A stretch of DNA of 58,916 nucleotides, the filler included, from Sphacelaria rigidula (taxonomy: Eukaryota): the NCBI GenBank assembly GCA_964200075.2. It is 9 parts of 9 records of this genome, joined end to end, with 100 filler letters (N's around TTAATTAATTAA, not from the genome) between each part and the next. Parts side by side here need not be neighbours in the genome. Positions count along the whole stretch, not along the records: positions 6,559 to 13,016 come from CAXNAA020019957.1; positions 13,117 to 19,574 come from CAXNAA020019958.1; positions 19,675 to 26,132 come from CAXNAA020019959.1; 6 more parts are not named here. One strand, 5' to 3'. The notes below the pieces were generated by a model, which was not told the DNA's origin, made no database searches, and worked only from the letters and a program-made list of their open reading frames with translations. A program made the translations under genes and the position numbers. Below, piece after piece: positions 12,131 to 24,229 of the stretch (position 1 is its first letter; every line of letters begins with the position of its first letter).

Positions 12131-12203
12131 CCCTGACCTTAACCTTAACCTTAACCGTTACCGTAACCCTTACCGTTACCGCTACCGTAACCCCTACCCT
12201 AAC
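12131..12203 (+). repeat. Degenerate telomere-like hexamer repeat (CCTTAA/CCGTAA/CCCTAA)
   Basis: About 12 tandem 6-bp units; shorter GGGTTA tracts at ~27313-27346 and ~37985-38001. Confidence 0.7.
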
Positions 12204-13016
12204 AACAATTGTGCCAGAAGCCAGCGCTTCGCGGCGCCCTGAGGATATTATGTTCCGGGAGATGCAGCGATATGGGTGAATACACCGAGTAAGAGGTTTG
12301 ACCTGGGAAGAGCCGTCAAAGTATCAGCGCCAAAAGGAGTCATGAACTACAGAGAGAGCAAGCTATGGGTAGCCTCACTACCAGGAAAACATGGGAGGGC
12401 AAAGTGCTGCTGTTGTTCGTTGTATCGCAACTTATTTCCGGAGACCCTAAATGACGACGGAAACGAGTGCACGCAACTGTGCATACCAAACGAAAACGAA
12501 AAACGCATGGAACTGCGGAATATTCGCTCTGAGCTTTGCGAACCTCGTCAGCTCCGAATGGGATGTAGAAACCGTGACGCAGAACGCGATGGATGCGGCG
12601 AGGATGAAGATTGTCTCCCCGTTGTTGCAGCGGAAACTGTAGGATATATGAAGGAACGATGGATATGAACCCGATTACGCGGGAGAGGTGTAAGTGGACT
12701 TCTTGTGGAGAATAGGGTATTCGTGGGGTGGATAATCAGTCCGGAGACATATTTTTATAGCATGTGACCACGCGGTCATGAATATTTCCCCGAGGAAGCG
12801 GGTGGTACGGCGAGGTCGACACCGATTTCGTTGAGGGACAGGTAATGCATATTCACGATTCTTCTCACGTGTCTGGTGGTCCGTCCTCTGTGGTCCCCCG
12901 CCCCCCCATAGGCGCAGGTTAAATGAAATCGTTTGATGCATTAGATGTGGCGAAAAAGGGGTTGTTATGATTGGGGTTGTTTTTGTTTTTGAGTTGAACC
13001 CTAAGATCGTGGCCAT

Positions 13017-13116
13017 NNNNNNNNNNNNNNNNNNNNNNNNNNNNNNNNNNNNNNNNNNNNTTAATTAATTAANNNNNNNNNNNNNNNNNNNNNNNNNNNN
13101 NNNNNNNNNNNNNNNN
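13017..13116. other. Artificial contig spacer
   Basis: Same 100-bp N/TTAATTAATTAA spacer. Confidence 0.98.
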
Positions 13117-13300
13117 GCGAGGTCAATGGTCTGATGACTATGGCATGCATGATCATGAGTACACCCCCCCCCCCGTCAGCCTGGTCCGGCGAGACTCGGC
13201 GTGCTCCGTCCAGGTTTTGCAGGGATGCGAGGTCAATGATCATATGACTACGGCATGCAAGTTCAAAGTACACCCCACCCCCTACGCACCCCCTCCCCCA
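13117..13300 (+). repeat. Tandem ~110-bp repeat unit, with a dispersed copy at 42488-42598
   Basis: gcgaggtcaatg..atgact..ggcatgca..agtacacccc occurs twice; agcctggtccggcga..gtcc..gg.tttg.aggg.tgc.aggtca.tg is shared with contig 7. Confidence 0.75.
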
Positions 13301-13599
13301 CATCCTCGGGAGATAGTCCGAAGTCCAAAGAAAACGATTGACCCCCGTCTCCCCCGATACCTGCCCAGCAACCTTCCCAAGACACTACACGAATTCATGA
13401 TACGCCTTTTGCTTGCCAAATATCGACAGCAAACGAAACAACTTCTACAACAGTATCAACAACCGCATCGACCTCCAGTTATGTACATACAAAAATAAAA
13501 CATGAAAACACCCGCGTTCTGATGAGAAACATCTTGAGAAAAGTACGACGTACAACGAGCACCACCACTTGATTCGCACAAGAAAAATAACAACCGCAC

Positions 13600-14035
13600 T
13601 GAGGCCGCTCCTCATAACAGAAAAAACAGAAAAATCTGGAAAAGTGCCTTTTTGTGGAGCTTTTACGTCGTTCTACGCCCCCAAAAGAGAGCTAGGCGGA
13701 GTTTGACATCTTGAAATTACTTGCTCTACTAGTTGAGGCGGTTCCAGGGCATCTTCCCGTTTTCCGGTGGCCGCAGTTTTTATTTTGGTCGAACAAGACT
13801 TTTTGTCGAAGAACGGTAAATATCAGTCAAATCTAGAAAAAAATCACCACTTTTCTCTGGACTTGACTGTTTTTTTGCCGTTTTTCGACAAGAATTCTTG
13901 TTTGACCAAAATCAAAACTGTGGCCAAAGTTGTCAAACTCCACCTAGCTCTCTTTAGGGGCGTAAAACGACGTGAAAGCTCCAAAAAGGCACATTTCCAG
14001 ATTTTTATTCTTGTCTGTTATAAGGAGCGGCCTCA
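13600..14035. mobile_element. Long-TIR (foldback-like) MITE
   Basis: ~110-bp imperfect terminal inverted repeats TGAGGCCGCTCC...GAGCTAGGCGGAGTTTGACA / TGTCAAACTCCACCTAGCTC...GGAGCGGCCTCA. Confidence 0.8.
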
Positions 14036-15999
14036 CGAGACTGTGTGTCATTTTTATCCACAGACAAAACACAAGCAAATAATTCCTGCTGGCAGACCCA
14101 ACTTCCCGTTCGAAAAAAGGAACAGAGAAGGGCTGGAATGCTTGCCCACACAGAAGGGTGAAACTACAAGCGCAAGGTGACAATAACGCAATGAAATAAT
14201 AAAAATAATTTCATCACCACGCCTCGGTGGTCGATCGGAACTGTCTAACGATTACACCGATGGCCGCTTTGAGCAGACGTTTCCGGCTTGAATCTCGATA
14301 GATTTCATCATACCAGTAGTGGTCCTGTAATTCCATCAAGAGTATGACCTCTTTCACTGAAGGCAAGAGGACGGAAGCTCAGCAACTCGACAGAAGTCGA
14401 TGGGCTGCAGTAGTGCCGGCATATTGCCCAACAAAACTCCGTGAAACATGTACCAGACGAGAGAGAAGGGTCTCGTGATCATAAGCGAACAGGGTTCCGT
14501 CCCCCAGATATAATAGTAGGGAGGGATATTGTACGCTTATACTCGTATAACGACTTAGAAACAAAAACATGTACTAGGCGACGATTCCGCAATAACAGCC
14601 CTCTAATTTGTGTTTCGATACCCATCAAGCAGGGGTCATAATTCTAGTCTACAACTCACCTCTTTGCATGACCGTCCCTCTACTTGAGCAGGAAAAAATA
14701 CCGCCCCCTCGGCAACGTCTCGCTTCCCACCGGAAACACCGCTGTCGCCGCCGTGCCGAGTGGTGACAGCTCGGCGAGTTCCCTCGGGTGTCGGGTCCCA
14801 CGCGGTTGCACTTGTCGTTCGCCCTGGGAAAAAAAATAAGGAGGGAAAGGAGGGGGAACAGAAGAGAAGGGGGAGAGGAGAAAAGAAAAAAAGGGAAAAA
14901 AAGGAGGACAAGAGCGTGAAGCAGCGAAAATGTGTGCAGCGCTACGGAGTGTCGTACGCGCGATGTTGGTGAGGCACCGGTTGGCCATAAAAAAAAACAT
15001 GCAACGTGAAAAATGTTTCTGACCGTTTGTTTCATCGCCCCAGGTGCGTCCATCTGCGTGATTGTCACCATCATCTTTTCATTGCACCTGAGAAATAACC
15101 GTCAGAATTGCAGTTTGGAATCCACCCGGACGCTCATCTTGCTGTCCCCAGACTCTGTACGGTAAAGCCCCGCGAGAATTTGGAAGACAGTTTTGGCAGA
15201 CGTGAATGAACACTACTGTGCAGTGAAGAGATAAGGGAGCTTGCTCTGCACTGCAAGAGTAATGCAAAGCAAACGGCTTCTCTTGACTCTGCGACCACCA
15301 GGGTGGGTGGTTTGTGAATCGGCATCATTTACACTTGTAAAATGAATGTGAGACCAATATTGCCCACGTACCCTGTTGGTGAAAAATTCCGCCGCCGAGG
15401 CACACACGAGTTCTCCATCCAGACCCCTCCTGGGGGGACCACATTTTCAGAAGAAAAAAATATACACAGATACAGAAGAGGATACCCCCTTCACTCTCCC
15501 AACGCGCCGGAGTCCGTCGAAGGATTCTAATCCGCTCAACTGCGCATGAGCTCACTCCCCATATGACTCGAGTGACCTCGACTCAGATCCATCCTCATTT
15601 TTCCGATGGCGACCTTTCACTTCGACGCAGACCTCCGCCTCTGTGATTCTTTCCTGAAACAGCTCGTATTACTCGACTTGGTAAAACTGGTCCTCATATT
15701 TTGGATCTGTAACTGTACTGTACTGTTGTACCGTCTACCGTGATGTTGTGAGTTGTGGGACCCATGTTTGTATGCGTGTACTAGAGGATGACATCACAAC
15801 TTGCACATCAATTTCAGGATGCAGATGCAGCCAGTGCCACACTTGCGTCAAGGTAAAAAATCGTCCCCGCAGTGACAGAATTCTACGCCCCCGAAAGGGC
15901 CTGGCCGTCGACAACCGCATTCCCTGCCGTGAAGAGGCCGATCCTACAAGCCGGGGGTGCCAACAGAAGTACAACTCTGTATGAGCCTCTTTCCTTCCC

Positions 16000-16575
16000 T
16001 AAGGTTGCTCCTGACGGCAACAAGAAAAAATCTTGAATGTTCTTGAATGTTCTTGATCCTTCTTTGTCGTTTTACGCCCTAAAAAAGAGCCAGGCGGAGT
16101 GTGACACGTTGAAATGACTTGCTCTACTCGTTGAGACGGTTCCAGGACATGTTCGCGTTTTCCGAAGGTGGAAGTTTTTAATATGGCCAAACTTGCCTTT
16201 TTATCCGAAAACATTCAAGAACGGTCAAACCTGAAGAAAACGGCCATTTTCTTTTGGACTCGATCGTCTCTGGACAAAAATGTTTATTTGCTCAAAAACA
16301 AATCTGCCACGACCGGGAAACTCGAGGATGTTCTGGAACCGTCTTAACCCTCAGACCGCGAGATTAGTCTTCCTGGATCGTGCACACTTTTTCCCACTTG
16401 AAATTGATGCCGATTCAACAGAAGACTAACCTCGCGGTCTAAGGGTTAACGGGTAGATCAAGTCAGCCCAATATATCAAACTCGACCTAGCTCTCTTCTA
16501 GGGCGCAAAACGACAACAAAAGGACCAGAACAGCATGTTTACAGGACTCTTCACTTGTTTCTTATCATGATACGG
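16000..16575. mobile_element. Related foldback MITE carrying a nested piggyBac-type MITE
   Basis: Shares gtcgttttacgccc..gagc.aggcggagt.tgaca..ttgaaat.acttgctctact.gttgag.cggttccagg with 13600-14035; inverted arm at ~16330-16520. Confidence 0.75.
16344..16449. mobile_element. piggyBac-type MITE (~98 bp) with TTAA TSD
   Basis: TTAA|CCCTCAGACCGCGAG...CTCGCGGTCTAAGGG|TTAA; the opposite arm of the host element shows the empty site. Confidence 0.88.
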
Positions 16576-18628
16576 AAAACTGACCCAAGCCAGGAGACCC
16601 ACCTTCTTCGGCGGCCTACATGGCTTTGAAACATGAGGGGTACATACTAGCGCGTTCTTCAAGATATGACTCTCATGACTCCACTCTCCGCATATGTCTC
16701 TCCTCGCTTACCTGATATTTACTCGGATAACTCGGGCAAGTACTGCGGAAATACTCCGTAGACACGGGGCCTCCCGGGAAGCCAGTGCTGGGGGCTCGGC
16801 CAGCATCACCTTCTTCTACACTCCCCATAGGACACTCGACAGCAGGGGGGCAGACAGACCATACACATGACGCATCAACACACAACACAAATGAACAAAT
16901 GAACACACACAATTGCATAGCGCACCTTCCAGTACCCCGACCTTGCTGGCCGAAGCACATTTGACCCCAGCACGCTTCCTCCGTGCAGATCCAGGGCAAG
17001 GATGCCTAGGGGACGAACCACCAAACCCACCCGCGGTCGCCGATGGCGGCGGCACATACACACCTGCACGGCTGGCAGCAGTGCTGTCATATAACCTGGA
17101 CGGCGTCAGGCTGAGCGGGGACGGCGGCTTCTGCCGCCGCCGAACCGCAACCCGTCGCGCCGTGCCAGAGTACGGCGTGCCCTCACCCGACGTGGCGGCG
17201 GGGCTACTACTAATCTGCGTGGCTAAGACACCCGCCGGCGAAGTAGGCACATTTTCGGCACCGCACTGTCGCTTGATCATGACGATAGATCGGTGTCGAG
17301 GAGACTGCGGGAAAGCAGTTTCACGTGGCGAGGACAGCGTTAACGCATGTTGTCGGACCCGCCGGGGCGGCGTTGCTGCCGCTACTGCTGCTGGTAATGC
17401 GGCAGCACGCTCATCGGAGTACATGCACGAAAATGGACTGGACGGGGGAACGGCGACCGCTGCGGCAGTGGCGGCGGCGGGGGAAGCCAGTGGCAGAGGT
17501 GGGACGGCCGACGTCGTATCGTCAACCGCGACGGCATCCGCGCCGTTTTCGCAGTGGTCCGGTAGTAGAGAATGATGGTGCAGCTGGCGTAGGGTCAGCG
17601 GCGACGGAGTGGTGTGATGCGAGGGGACGACGGTGGGAGTAGCGTCAGGCGATATCGGCGTTGCTGTCCCTCTCGCACAGCGGCGGGCGTCCTGCCGAGG
17701 AGCGGACCGACTCACAGTGTTATCAGCTGCTGATGACCCCGCCCTCCGACTTGCTGCTGTATAATCATCGGCGGCAGCGGAACGACCAGTGAGGCTGTTG
17801 GTATTGCTCGTATCGCTGTTGCCAGCTGGCGATTCTCGGCGGAGGCGATTTGTGTTCTTGCTGTGGTTAGTCTGGTAAGCCAGAGCGGCTCCTCTGGTTG
17901 ACGCCGAGCATCCTCCCCTGCGCTTTCCCGAAAGTCTGGCCCTTGCACCGAGATTTTCCTTGCCCCCCAGAACTTCGCTGACGGCGGCCGTTGTCATCTT
18001 TGCGCTGATGTGTCAAATCGCACGATGTGTTTCGAGCAAGAAGGGACCGGGAAGACGTAACACAAGAAAAGCAGCATCAACAAGGGAGATGGCGGATGAG
18101 CACACCAGTCACGTGTGTATCTTGCTGCCGATCTTAATGGCAATGGCCATGAACAAGTTATATGCATCTCGTGGTTTCTACTCACTCCAGGAGGACAAGC
18201 AACAGTGGGTAGCGAGGTTCCTCCGCTATGGGTCGTGCGTGGTCCTCTTCATCATGACCACTTGATGACAGCGGCGCATCGGGCAACAAGCCACAGTCAT
18301 CGCTATGCAACATCTGTATGTCGCTCTTTTCCTGCCCACTGGTGTTGTGTACCTGTTCATGCCCTTCATGTTGCAGTTCAAGGCAACAGAAATTACCCAT
18401 TGGTCGGAAACAATGGTTGTAACTTGAATTTAGTGTGTGGACACCGATATTCAGATTTTTAGAGGGGCTGACAGTCCCAAGTGCTCCTAGCTCATCCAGA
18501 ACGTGTTCTTGTCCAAAATCCGCGCCTGCGGCACCGATTTGAAGCCTGTCAAGGCACACTTCGCCTAGGACACCGTCTACCCACCCGCCGTGCCCGAGGG
18601 TTCTCCTATGATTCGGTCGGGGATTGGG

Positions 18629-18835
18629 TTAATCCTTGGACAGCGAGAGTAGGTCATCTGTTGAATCGGCGTCAATTTCACTTGAAAAACATATGCATGA
18701 TCCAGGAAGACTACCCTCGCGATCTAAGGGTTAACCCCTAGACCGCGAGATTAGTCTTTCTGGATCATGCATACTTTTTTTCATCCGAAATTGATGCCGA
18801 TTCAACAGAAGACCAACCTCGCGGTCTCAGCGTCA
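18629..18835. mobile_element. Two head-to-head copies of the same piggyBac-type MITE sharing one TTAA
   Basis: TTAA(18629)-inverted copy-TTAA(18731)-forward copy; internal sequence matches 16348-16445. Confidence 0.85.
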
Positions 18836-19574
18836 GGGTTGGCGGCACCTCATTTATAGTACCAACCATTGTCTGCGACCACTCGGTAATCAGTCGTCGT
18901 GTAGAGTACAGGATGTACGCTGTTCATGAGAATATATTGTGCACGAGGAGGACGGCGGTGGGGCTATCCACATTTCAGAGGGCGCTGTTTTGGCGCTAAT
19001 GGATTCAAGATAACAGTCTGTACGCACATGCATGCCAAATTCATTGTTTTTCGCCAAGTTTCGATCACGTGTCACATGAGATAACGGTCATCTCGTTCTC
19101 TCACGCTGAACGGATCGGCCATATTGTCAGCGGACGGAAAAAAAAGTTTAGGCAATGTCTTCATCTTTCCAGCGCCCGCAGATAGATACCCCGACGCCAT
19201 GTCTTTACGAGCTGGGCCAGCCAAGAGTAGGCGCGAACCGCGCTCAGGCGACGCACGGTATTAGGAGTTGGACACTGAACTTTTGACAGCAGCTTTATAT
19301 GATCGAAATGCAGAAGATCACGAGAGCAGCAAAGAAAAATAATAAGAAGAAGGTAGTTATGGGGATTCGAAATTTCCGAAAAAACTAGATAATGCCAGAA
19401 GTCCAGGAAAAAAAGGAGAATCTGCAGCTGGACTCGTGAAGTAGTATCAGTTCCTTGGGTGCAGAAGGTCTTCTTGAAGTTTCAGCTCAAGATTCGTCGA
19501 ATTGGGCCGTGCGTTTGACATTTTCCGTGACGCTGCTGCACCCCACTAACACCCAGTGCGGGGTGATTGCTGAC

Positions 19575-19674
19575 NNNNNNNNNNNNNNNNNNNNNNNNNN
19601 NNNNNNNNNNNNNNNNNNTTAATTAATTAANNNNNNNNNNNNNNNNNNNNNNNNNNNNNNNNNNNNNNNNNNNN
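19575..19674. other. Artificial contig spacer
   Basis: Same spacer. Confidence 0.98.
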
Positions 19675-22219
19675 CCCCTCTCCGCCAGGAAAGATACTAG
19701 CCAGCGATATCGCTTCCCCGAACACGCACCTGGCCTCCCTGCAGGCAGCAATAGCCGCCGCAGCAGTCCTGACGAGCACAACACGAGCTGTCCCGCCCGT
19801 GCCCGATTCCTCTCGTAACGCGCAAGATTGCTCCAGTAAGCGACATAAATCTTGTCCCTCCGCCTGAGCCAAGCGTTGTCCGCCAATCACAGGAAAAGGG
19901 GCCTGGCCACCAAGCGCCACGGACCTCTCCACGCATGTGGCAGCATAAGCGCTGACGGAATCCGTCCGGGCGATCGCCACAACTCGGCTAAGAATATCCA
20001 CCCAGTTCACGTTTGGAGCAGCCTGTGATACGGCCGCGGCTGCGGCGGCCACCAAACGGTCGACCAGATCAATGGGGCCGTCTGCTTCAAGATGCTTGCC
20101 ATCGCCACCGTATCGCCACCCGCCGTCCAGCTGTACGCCCAATTGCGAGCTGCCGACAGCTGTTGCCCCAGGGGCACCAGCAGCAAAAGGAACCGACGTC
20201 GTGACAGCTGTTGCTGCGGCCGCTAAATCATCCACCCAGCCCTCAGACGCACCGCTGCTCCCAACAAATGTCCATGCCCATGCGGTGTTAGCCAGCCATT
20301 CCACAAGGGATCTCACAACTTCAGCCATCGCCAATCGGCGAGCATCGCGTGGAATTTGAGCAACCACGGCGGGTGCTTGCGCGTCTGCGCCGGGCCAACG
20401 AACCGCGAATTCTCGAGAAACAGAGCTCGACGAGAGACAATAGGTGTGCCGAAGATGCAGCAGCAACATCAGCAAATCTCGCACCCGGATGCCTTCCGCG
20501 ACCAAACACTGCAAGAAGGCACTGGCGCAGCGTGTCGGCGTCCGGGCGGTTGGCTTCTCGGCGACCGGCGCGGTGTCTACGGCTGCGCCCATCACCATCG
20601 AGCTTTTTTCAATATAGTCCGGTCCAAGATCATGGACTAGAACGTCTAGAAGACCTTGCTCGGCAGGAAGGCCCACGCCAAAGAGACACACTTCGAGCGC
20701 GTTCATGAGTTTCACAGGACCTGCGTATTTGTTTCCATACTTTCGTTTTCGGACGTCGGGCGAAACCGTTGACATCTCCTCGACCTCCAACGCAGACTGA
20801 AATCCGTTTACGGAAATGGAGGACAACACAATACAGCCCAGCAAAAAAAGCGGACTGGGAGTCAGCGATACAGTGCTCTTTACAAGCATAAATCCGAGCA
20901 AAATGACGGCTGCAAGCGTGGGTTGATGGTAGGATGACCGCGTATGGACCCGATGTTGTACGAAATGATCTTGAAGTAACAAGCTGAGTGTGGTGTTGAT
21001 GCGCTTTTTGACGCATGAAATCGCCCGAACTATATGTTTACTATAGTAGCTGACAGCTCAAATAAACGAGCTTGTAAGAAAACCAGGCTGAGGTTTCCAA
21101 AAAAACAAAAAAGCTTTCAGCCCCAGCGCCGACCGCTACACCAAGTGTATTACAGTAGACCATGATTAACCTTTCACACCCTGGAAAATGAACTACGTCG
21201 TCCAGAGTGCGCAACGTTTGCACGAAACAAGAACTCAGGTTGTGCCTCATTTTCAATCTCTCATGAGCAGACCGCTATTGAATTTTCCCCGCCGGGATAG
21301 TAAGCATATGGTAAACAGAGCGGGGTCTCAGATCGTATACGGCAAACGACTGCTCCAACGATATGCGTCCTGAGCGCCCTTGGTAGCATTTCCGATAGGT
21401 GACGTGCTATTTTGAGTCCGGAGTCCTGGAACTTCACCCCGAGAAGCACCGTAAAACGCCCAACCGAGCACAAAACTCTCATCACCATATACAGCGAAAA
21501 TTGTTTATTGCGCTCAAGCGATAACACACCTGAACGGCGAGAATGAACGCCTCGCCGCAGCGGCTCCTCTCCAGAGCCCGCTCCACAACCCCATTTCTGA
21601 TATACACATCACGTAAGGCAACCCTTCTTGCCGCAATTGCCGGCCCCAAAGGCTGGGCATGCTCAACCTCCCCTCCTCTCCTGACCTCCTCGCCGCCCAA
21701 CAAAGCATCTCTCAGCGCTTGCAACTTGAACCGGAAGCCCTGCAGCCAGTCATCACCTCGCTCGCGCCACAAAAAACCATTAGCGAGAGAATGCTGGCAG
21801 CTTGATTTGTCTCCTCCTTGCGAATATCCCGACAGGAAATTGCCTCTGGTCGGAGGACGGTCCGAGACAGCCCCCGCCTTTGCGAGATCCGAGCAAACTT
21901 TAGCAACAACCGTATGTGAAAAAGAATCACCCGCCACGCCTTCCAGAGGACCTGAAAGTCTGATCCCGCTCACTTTCGCTCTGCCTTCGGTTGTCGTGCA
22001 GGCGGGCACTTGACGATCACCCTTTCCCTTGCCGCTACTCCGGCCCTGCTTCGTGAGCGCTTGCAAGGCCTGCGAGCAGATCGAATCTGCGACTGTTGGA
22101 AGCCATCGCCACCGCCTATCTGAGCGACTGTCTATCTCGGCGTGACAAGCGTGCAGCAGACACAGGCGAGGGGCCCAGGGTAAAGATAGAGCCCCAGTTC
22201 CTGCCGCGTGCAAGATGAC
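19675..22219 (-). CDS. Large exons (22219-21530; ~20796 to contig end) of an unidentified protein, partial
   Basis: 255-aa and 451-aa open frames with protein-like composition; tctcag| acceptor and cag|gtgtgt donor in phase 0; tttcag| acceptor at 20796. Confidence 0.6.
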
Positions 22220-22454
22220 CTGAGAGTAGTAAGATACAGGCGTGTGCACAGGAGGGGCGGGGGGGGGTTAGCTGTAACTGGAAGTGTGAGATACATCACT
22301 TCTAAATGGAGAGGGTGGTTGACACTGTTGTACGTTGCAAATAGAACCTACCGATCGCACATACGGTTCAAGCAGCGCAGTCTGAGGTTGCAGCTCGTGC
22401 TATATGTGCAACAGGGGAATATAGACAGTACAACCACTGCTGCATAGAAATGTG

Positions 22455-24153
22455 CAAGGTTGTGTTCTGTAGGGTACGGTTTTCTGTATATCTAGGGTAT
22501 TTTGCCGGGTATTTACCGTACCCGACAGTGCTGTTACTTCTGTAAGACATTCATACGGGAATCCGACAGTTCTGTAATCTCTGTAAGCCTCCCGTACCTT
22601 TACCGGGGGGCACGGATACGCTCTAGATAACATACCTGATTGCGGGTACGGTTTTTTGTGCAACCTCCATACCGTACCCGACAGTTTCTGTGAGTTCTGT
22701 GAGCCTCCCACAGCCTTACCCGACAGTTCTTTGAGTTCTGCACAGAATTTTTACCCGTAACCGGATTGCGGGTATGCTCTTGAAGAATACCCGATTGCCG
22801 GTACCGGCTTTCTGTAAGCCTCCCATACCGTACCCGACAAGTTCTGTAATTCCCGTGAGACTTTCATCCACTACCGGTACCCAACAGTTCTGTTAGCTCT
22901 TTAAGCCTCCCATACCGCTCTCCGGGGTTAGAGTATGCCAATATAGGTATACCCGATTGCAGGTATAAGCACAGGTATATATCTTGGGGGGGTACGGACA
23001 TAGGTTCAATCCAAACACAACCTCATGACCTGAACATGTACCTCCCATCGATCAACCCATCCAACTCCTTCATTCGAAACTGCACACCAACAATAATTCA
23101 ATATTGAAGAGTTCTTTAGTTTGGGATCTAATGGGATATAAGGTATCGCTGAGTGGAAACACGAAACATGAGCAGCACTGCAGACCGTCACGATGGATCA
23201 CCCCCAGACTCGAGTGGTGGCTCGAGCGGGGGCGGTGCATCTGGACCACCAGGGGATCAAGTAGCAAGTCGCACGTCATCGACGTTGATGGTGGTTGTGT
23301 GGTGTTCATCGAACCCCAGGCTGTTATCGACATGTACAACACAGACTATGAGCTGCCATCGAAGGTCGTCAAGGCCGTCGGCGATTTTGTCGCGTGCCGA
23401 AGGGCCAGAGAACAGACAGCCGTGAATGCTCCTTCATGTCCTCGCTGGGAGTGTACGTGAAGCCGATAGATGTTGACGATCCCGTGCACATGCACTACTG
23501 CGATTGTTCGCGTAGTTTCTTTATCAACCTCGTCAAGCCGTTCAGAGTTTTCGTGAACTGTCATTTGTATTCCGCCACTGTTGTAGTGACATAGGTTCCA
23601 CCACAGGGGTAATGATAATACCAAGCCCGTGTTCTGTAGAGTACGGTTTTCGGTATTCCCGGGTTATTCTGCTGGGTATTCACCGTACCCGACAGTTCCA
23701 TGACTTCTGTAAGGCTTTCATACCGGTACCCGACAGTTCTGCAATCTCCACAAGACCTTCATACCCGTACCCGATAGTTCTGTGAGTCCTGTAAACCTCC
23801 TGTACCGTTGCCGGGGGGCACGGGTATGCTCTTGATAAGATACCCGATTGCGGGTACGGTTTTCTGTGCAACCTCCTACCCGACGGTTTCTATGAGTTCT
23901 GCAAGCCTCTCATACCCTAAGCCGACAATCCTGTGAGTTCTGTACAAAACATTTACCCTAACCCAAGGGGTGGGTATGCCGTAAACGAGTTACCTGATCG
24001 CCGGTACCGATTTTCTGTATGCCTACCATGTCGTACCCGACAAGCCCTGTAATTTCCGTAAGACTTTCATACCGGTACCCAACAGTTCTATAACTTCTGT
24101 AAGGAATCTCCCACCCAACAGAACGTACCCATACCTTACAGAACACAACCTTG
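22455..24153. mobile_element. Non-autonomous hAT-type element, composite structure
   Basis: TIR CAAGGTTGTGTTCTGTA...TACAGAACACAACCTTG; perfect 8-bp TSD GAAATGTG (22447-22454, 24154-24161); two direct ~530-bp arms rich in GTACCCGACAGTTCTG motifs. Confidence 0.9.
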
Positions 24154-24229
24154 GAAATGTGTGCTTGCAGTACAAAATCGACAGCTATCCAAACGCAATC
24201 TTGTTTGGATCAGGAGGTTGGAAAAAGTT

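Larger units (their letters stand above)
14657..17997 (-). pseudogene. Unidentified low-complexity spliced gene, probably decayed
   Basis: 393-aa A/S/P/R-rich ORF 16816-17997; exon-like segments at ~15557-15706 (with an in-frame TAA) and ~14660-14823 bounded by ag/gtgag. Confidence 0.3.

Noticed and set aside
18000..18600. Functional gene on the plus strand
   Set aside because: Several short frames with stops and no recognisable domain
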